From Auanema rhodensis (Eukaryota; Animalia; Nematoda), in contig OZ059894.1 in NCBI GenBank assembly GCA_964057225.1, positions 2,542,001 through 2,606,000 of the forward strand: 64,000 nt of DNA, in the 5' to 3' direction. The notes under the pieces were generated by a model, which worked only from the letters and a program-made list of their open reading frames with translations, was not told the DNA's origin and searched no databases. The translations under genes were made by a program, and so were the position numbers. The first letter of the stretch is position 1. Each line of letters begins with the position of its first letter. Below are positions 57,101-64,000 of this stretch, in pieces.

Positions 57101-58300
57101 TAATTCTTCAGGGTGAAAATCGAGGATATAAGTGTGAACTTATATCAGTTGATATCTCGGTGCATTTTCAAGCTAGCGCAAATCTGATAACACAGATCGA
57201 CGCAGCTTAAGAATCCGCATCAAATGCACTATACTACATTGAGAAACGCTCAATACAAAAATTAGTTATGATCGTTTGAAAAATGATGAATTAGTGTATG
57301 TTGAGTTTCCATGTACACTCAACATTGCTTCCAAAAACATTTTGACAAAAATTTTTTCGAGAAATTTCAAAATAATTTAGCAAAAAGTAGATGTTTTTAG
57401 ATTCCTTTTTTCAAGGCGAAGACGATGGACATTGTTATTCAACGAAAAAATTAATTCTTCAGGGTGAAAATCGAGGATATAAGTGTGAACTTATATCAGT
57501 TGATATCTCGGTGCATTTTTAAGCTAGCGCAAATCTGATAACACAGATCGACGCAGCTTAAAAATCCGCATCGAATGCACTATACTACATTGAGAAACGC
57601 TCAATACAAAAATTAGTTATGATCGTTTGAAAAATGATGAATTAGTGTATGTTGAGTTTCCATGTACACTCAACATTGCTTCCAAAAACATTTTGACAAA
57701 AATTTTTTCGAAAAATTTCAAAATAATTTAGCAAAAAGTAGATGTTTTTAGATTCCTTTTTTTAAGGCAAAGACGATGGACAATGTTATTCAACGAAAAA
57801 ATTAATTCTTCAGGGTGAAAATCGAGGATATAAGTGTGAACTTATATCAGTTGATATCTCGGTGCATTTTTAAGCTAGCGCAAATCTGATAACACAGATC
57901 GATGCAGCTTAAAAATCCGCATCGAATGCACTATACTACATTGAGAAACGCTCAATACAAAAATTAGTTATGATCGTTTGAAAAATGATGAATTAGTGTA
58001 TGTTGAGTTTCCATGTACACTCAACATTGCTTCCAAAAACATTTTGACAAAAATTTTTTCGAAAAATTTCAAAATAATTTAGCAAAAAGTAGATGTTTTT
58101 AGATTCCTTTTTTTAAGGCAAAGACGATGGACAATGTTATTCAACGAAAAAATTAATTCTTCAGGGTGAAAATCGAGGATATAAGTGTGAACTTATATCA
58201 GTTGATATCTCGGTGCATTTTTAAGCTAGCGCAAATCTGATAACACAGATCGATGCAGCTTAAAAATCCGCATCGAATGCACTATACTACATTGAGAAAC
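42180..58300. repeat. Subfamily-B domain 2, including a 4-mer (1403 bp) duplication around 48850-51650
   Basis: B-type variants and five 350-bp monomers are present; ORF copies at 49556 and 50959 are 1403 bp apart. The right boundary is diffuse (58.3-58.9 kb). Confidence 0.75.
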
Positions 58301-61300
58301 GCTTAATACAAAAATTAGTTATGATCGTTTGAAAAATGATGCATTAGTTTATGTTGAGTTTCCATGTACACTCAACATTGCTTCCAAAAACATTTTGACA
58401 AAAATTTTTTCGAAAAATTTCAGAATAATTTAGCAAAAAGTTGATGTTTTTAGATTCCTTTTTTCAAGGCGAAGACGATGGACATTGTTATTCAACGAAA
58501 AAATTAATTCTTCAGGGTGAAAATCGAGGATATAAGTGTGAACTTATATCAGTTGATATCTCGGTGCATTTTTAAGCTAGCGCAAATCTGATAACACAGA
58601 TCGATGCAGCTTAAAAATCCGCATCGAATGCACTATACTACATTGAGAAACGCTCAATACAAAAATTAGTTATGATCGTTTGAAAAATGATGAATTAGTG
58701 TATGTTGAGTTTCCATGTACACTCAACATTGCTTCCAAAAACATTTTGACAAAAATTTTTTCGAAAAATTTCAAAATAATTTAGCAAAAAGTAGATGTTT
58801 TTAGATTCCTTTTTTTAAGGCAAAGACGATGGACAATGTTATTCAACGAAAAAATTAATTCTTCAGGGTGAAAATCGAGGATATAAGTGTGAACTTATAT
58901 CAGTTGATATCTCGGTGCATTTTTAAGCTAGCGCAAATCTGATAACACAGATCGATGCAGCTTAAAAATCCGCATCGAATGCACTATACTACATTGAGAA
59001 ACGCTTAATACAAAAATTAGTTATGATCGTTTGAAAAATGATGCATTAGTTTATGTTGAGTTTCCATGTACACTCAACATTGCTTCCAAAAACATTTTGA
59101 CAAAAATTTTTTCGAAAAATTTCAGAATAATTTAGCAAAAAGTTGATGTTTTTAGATTCCTTTTTTCAAGGCGAAGACGATGGACATTGTTATTCAACGA
59201 AAAAATTAATTCTTCAGGGTGAAAATCGAGGATATAAGTGTGATTTTATATCAGTTGATATCTCGGTGCATTTTTAAGCTAGCGCAAATCTGATAACACA
59301 GATCGACGCAGCTTAAAAATCCGCATCGAATGCACTATACTACATTGAGAAACGCTTAATACAAAAATTAGTTATGATCGTTTGAAAAATGATGCATTAG
59401 TGTATGTTGAGTTTCCATGTACACTCAACATTGCTTCCAAAAACATTTTGACAAAAATTTTTTCGAAAAATTTCAGAATAATTTAGCAAAAAGTTGATGT
59501 TTTTAGATTCCTTTTTTCAAGGCGAAGACGATGGACATTGTTATTCAACGAAAAAATTAATTCTTCAGGGTGAAAATCGAGGATATAAGTGTGATTTTAT
59601 ATCAGTTGATATCTCGGTGCATTTTTAAGCTAGCGCAAATCTGATAACACAGATCGACGCAGCTTAAAAATCCGCATCGAATGCACTATACTACATTGAG
59701 AAACGCTTAATACAAAAATTAGTTATGATCGTTTGAAAAATGATGCATTAGTGTATGTTGAGTTTCCATGTACACTCAACATTGCTTCCAAAAACATTTT
59801 GACAAAAATTTTTTCGAAAAATTTCAAAATAATTTAGCAAAAAGTAGATGTTTTTAGATTCCTTTTTTCAAGGCGAAGACGATGGACATTGTTATTCAAC
59901 GAAAAAATTAATTCTTCAGGGTGAAAATCGAGGATATAAGTGTGAACTTATATCAGTTGATATCTCGGTGCATTTTTAAGCTAGCGCAAATCTGATAACA
60001 CAGATCGACGCAGCTTACAAATCCGCATGGAATGCACTATACTACATTGAGAAACGCCTAATACAAAAATTAGTTATGATCGTTTGAAAAATGATGCATT
60101 AGTGTATGTTGAGTTTCCATGTACACTCAACATTGCTTCCAAAAACATTTTGACAAAAATTTTTTCGAAAAATTTCAAAATAATTTAGCGAAAAGTAGAT
60201 GTTTTTAGATTCCTTTTTTCAAGGCAAAGACGATGGACATTGTTATTCAACGAAAAAATTAATTCTTCAGGGTGAAAATCGAGGATATAAGTGTGAACAT
60301 ATATCAGTTGATATCTCGGTGCATTTTTAAGCTAGCGCAAATCTGATAACACAGATCAACGCAGCTTACAAATCCGCATCGAATGCACTATACTACATTA
60401 AGAAACGCCTAATACAAAAATTAGTTATGATCGTTTGAAAAATGATGCATTAGTGTATGTTGAGTTTCCATGTACACTCAACATTGCTTCCAAAAACATT
60501 TTGACAAAAATTTTTTCGAAAAATTTCAAAATAATTTAGCAAAAAGTAGATGTTTTTAGATTCCTTTTTTCAAGGCAAAGACGATGGACATTGTTATTCA
60601 ACGAAAAAATTAATTCTTCAGGGTGAAAATCGAGGATATAAGTGTGAACTTATATCAGTTGATATCTCGGTGCATTTTTAAGCTAGCGCAAATCTGATAA
60701 CACAGATCGACGCAGCTTAAAAATCCGCATCGAATGCACTATACTACATTGAGAAACGCTTAATACAAAAATTAGTTATGATCGTTTGAAAAATGATGCA
60801 TTAGTGTATGTTGAGTTTCCATGTACACTCAACATTGCTTCCAAAAACATTTTGACAAAAATTTTTTCGAAAAATTTCAAAATAATTTAGCAAAAAGTAG
60901 ATGTTTTAAGATACCTTTTTTGAAGGCAAAGACGATGGACATTGTTATTCAACGAAAATATTATTTCTTCAGGGTGAAAATCGAGGATATAAGTGTGAAC
61001 TTATATCAGTTGATAACTCGGTGCATTTTTAAGCTAGCGCAAATCTGATAACACAGATCGACGCAGCTTAAAAATCCGCATCGAATGCATTATACTACAT
61101 TGAGAAACGCTTAATACAAAAATTAGTTATGATCGTTTGAAAAATGATGCATTAGTGTATGTTGAGTTTCCATGTACACTCAACATTGCTTCCAAAAACA
61201 TTTTGACAAAAATTTTTTCGAAAAATTTCAAAATAATTTAGCAAAAAGTAGATGTGTTTAGATTCCTTTTTTCAAGGCGAAGACGATGGACATTGTTATT

Positions 61301-64000
61301 CAACCAAAAATTTTTTTCTTCAGGGTGAAAATCGAGGATATAAGTGTGAACTTATATCAGTTGATATCTCGGTGCATTTTTAAGCTAGCGCAAATCTGAT
61401 AACACAGATCGACGCAGCTTAAAAATCCGCATCGAATGCATTATACTACATTGAGAAACGCTTAATACAAAAATTAGTTATGATCGTTTGAAAAATGATG
61501 CATTAGTTTATGTTGAGTTTCCATGTACACTCAACATTGCTTCCAAAAACATTTTGACAAAAATTTTTTCGAAAAATTTCAGAATAATTTAGCAAAAAGT
61601 TGATGTTTTTAGATTCCTTTTTTCAAGGCAAAGACGATGGACATTGTTATTCAACGAAAAAATTAATTCTTCAGGGTGAAAATCGAGGATATAAGTGTGA
61701 ACTTATATCAGTTGATAACTCGGTGCATTTTTAAGCTAGCGCAAATCTGATAACACAGATCGACGCAGCTTAAAAATCCGCATCGAATGCATTATACTAC
61801 ATTGAGAAACGCTTAATACAAAAATTAGTTATGATCGTTTGAAAAATGATGCATTAGTTTATGTTGAGTTTCCATGTACACTCAACATTGCTTCCAAAAA
61901 CATTTTGACAAAAATTTTTTCGAAAAATATCAGAATAATTTAGCAAAAAGTTGATGTTTTTAGATTCCTTTTTTCAAGGCGAAGACGATGGACATTGTTA
62001 TTCAACGAAAAAATTAATTCTTCAGGGTGAAAATCGAGGATATAAGTGTGATTTTATATCAGTTGATATCTCGGTGCATTTTTAAGCTAGCGCAAATCTG
62101 ATAACACAGATCGACGCAGCTTAAAAATCCGCATCGAATGCACTATACTACATTGAGAAACGCTTAATACAAAAATTAGTTATGATCGTTTGAAAAATGA
62201 TGCATTAGTGTATGTTGAGTTTCCATGTACACTCAACATTGCTTCCAAAAACATTTTGACAAAAATTTTTTCGAAAAATTTCAAAATAATTTAGCAAAAA
62301 GTAGATGTTTTTAGATTCCTTTTTTCAAGGCGAAGACGATGGACATTGTTATTCAACGAAAAAATTAATTCTTCAGGGTGAAAATCGAGGATATAAGTGT
62401 GAACTTATATCAGTTGATATCTCGGTGCATTTTTAAGCTAGCGCAAATCTGATAACACAGATCGACGCAGCTTACAAATCCGCATCGAATGCACTATACT
62501 ACATTGAGAAACGCCTAATACAAAAATTAGTTATGATCGTTTGAAAAATGATGCATTAGTGTATGTTGAGTTTCCATGTACACTCAACATTGCTTCCAAA
62601 AACATTTTGACAAAAATTTTTTCGAAAAATTTCAAAATAATTTAGCGAAAAGTAGATGTTTTTAGATTCCTTTTTTCAAGGCAAAGACGATGGACATTGT
62701 TATTCAACGAAAAAATTAATTCTTCAGGGTGAAAATCGAGGATATAAGTGTGAACATATATCAGTTGATATCTCGGTGCATTTTTAAGCTAGCGCAAATC
62801 TGATAACACAGATCAACGCAGCTTACAAATCCGCATCGAATGCACTATACTACATTAAGAAACGCCTAATACAAAAATTAGTTATGATCGTTTGAAAAAT
62901 GATGCATTAGTGTATGTTGAGTTTCCATGTACACTCAACATTGCTTCCAAAAACATTTTGACAAAAATTTTTTCGAAAAATTTCAAAATAATTTAGCAAA
63001 AAGTAGATGTTTTTAGATTCCTTTTTTCAAGGCAAAGACGATGGACATTGTTATTCAACGAAAAAATTAATTCTTCAGGGTGAACATCGAGGATATAAGT
63101 GTGAACTTATATCAGTTGATATCTCGGTGCATTTTTAAGCTAGCGCAAATCTGATAACACAGATCGACGCAGCTTAAAAATCCGCATCGAATGCACTATA
63201 CTACATTGAGAAACGCTTAATACAAAAATTAGTTATGATCGTTTGAAAAATGATGCATTAGTGTATGTTGAGTTTCCATGTACACTCAACATTGCTTCCA
63301 AAAACATTTTGACAAAAATTTTTTCGAAAAATTTCAAAATAATTTAGCAAAAAGTAGATGTTTTAAGATACCTTTTTTGAAGGCAAAGACGATGGACATT
63401 GTTATTCAACGAAAATATTATTTCTTCAGGGTGAAAATCGAGGATATAAGTGTGAACATATATCAGTTGATATCTCGGTGCATTTTTAAGCTAGCGCAAA
63501 TCTGATAACACAGATCGACGCAGCTTAAAAATCCGCATCGAATGCACTATACTACATTGAGAAACGCTCAATACAAAAATTAGTTATGATCGTTTGAAAA
63601 ATGATGCATTAGTGTATGTTGAGTTTCCATGTACACTGAACATTGCTTCCAAAAACATTTTGACAAAAATTTTTTCGGAAAATTTCGAGATAATTTAGCA
63701 AAAAGTAGATGTTTTTAGATTCCTTTTTTCAAGGCAAAGACGATGGACATTGTTATTCAACGAAAAAATTAATTCTTCAGGGTGAAAATCGAGGATATAA
63801 GTGTGAACATATATCAGTTGATATCTCGGTGCATTTTTAAGCTAGCGCAAATCTGATAACACAGATCAACGCAGCTTACAAATCCGCATCGAATGCACTA
63901 TACTACATTAAGAAACGCCTAATACAAAAATTAGTTATGATCGTTTGAAAAATGATGCATTAGTGTATGTTGAGTTTCCATGTACACTCAACATTGCTTC
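58300..64000. repeat. Subfamily-A-like terminal domain with a 7-mer (2457 bp) duplication
   Basis: 'ttttaagataccttttttgaagg' is at ~60922 and ~63379, ORFs 60821 and 63278 are 2457 bp apart, and the 'gatcaacgc' variant recurs at the same spacing. Confidence 0.75.

Larger units (their letters stand above)
1..64000. repeat. Tandem satellite DNA array, 351-bp monomer, ~182 head-to-tail copies, extends beyond both window edges
   Basis: The motif a(a/c)aaatccgcatcgaatgca recurs at 1, 352, 703, 1054 ... 7021, 14041, 21061 (exact multiples of 351). Phase is kept to the end of the window with a net -5 bp shift, matching one +2 and seven -1 indels. All copies are in the same orientation. Confidence 0.99.

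Noticed and set aside
5097-63505. The 13 listed ORFs (63, 75 and 79 aa) as protein-coding genes
   Set aside because: They fall in all three frames of the same monomer and appear only where SNPs remove stops (tag>aag, taa>caa/tac). Most copies are interrupted and I recognise no protein motif.
1-64000. CRISPR array
   Set aside because: There are no unique spacers; the full 351 bp is repeated and there are no cas genes.

Overview
The whole 64-kb window is one uninterrupted head-to-tail tandem satellite array. It holds about 182 copies of a 351-bp AT-rich monomer (about 32% GC by hand count of copy 1), and copies differ at only a few recurrent positions. I see no genes, RNA genes, transposon insertions, inversions or unique sequence. 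The listed ORFs are chance products of stop-codon-removing SNPs in the repeat. The array is most consistent with eukaryotic (peri)centromeric or heterochromatic satellite DNA, probably from an invertebrate; I cannot name the species or family. The points of interest are structural. (i) The monomer is densely packed with hairpins and dyad symmetries, including a ~67-nt junction hairpin and a 9-bp GTGA-loop hairpin with a compensatory variant. (ii) Diagnostic SNPs reveal nested, variable-length higher-order duplications of 1 to 17 monomers. (iii) Two monomer subfamilies alternate in A-B-A-B-A domains. (iv) Phase arithmetic is explained by only 8 indels in 64 kb. I found no evidence for a novel gene system.
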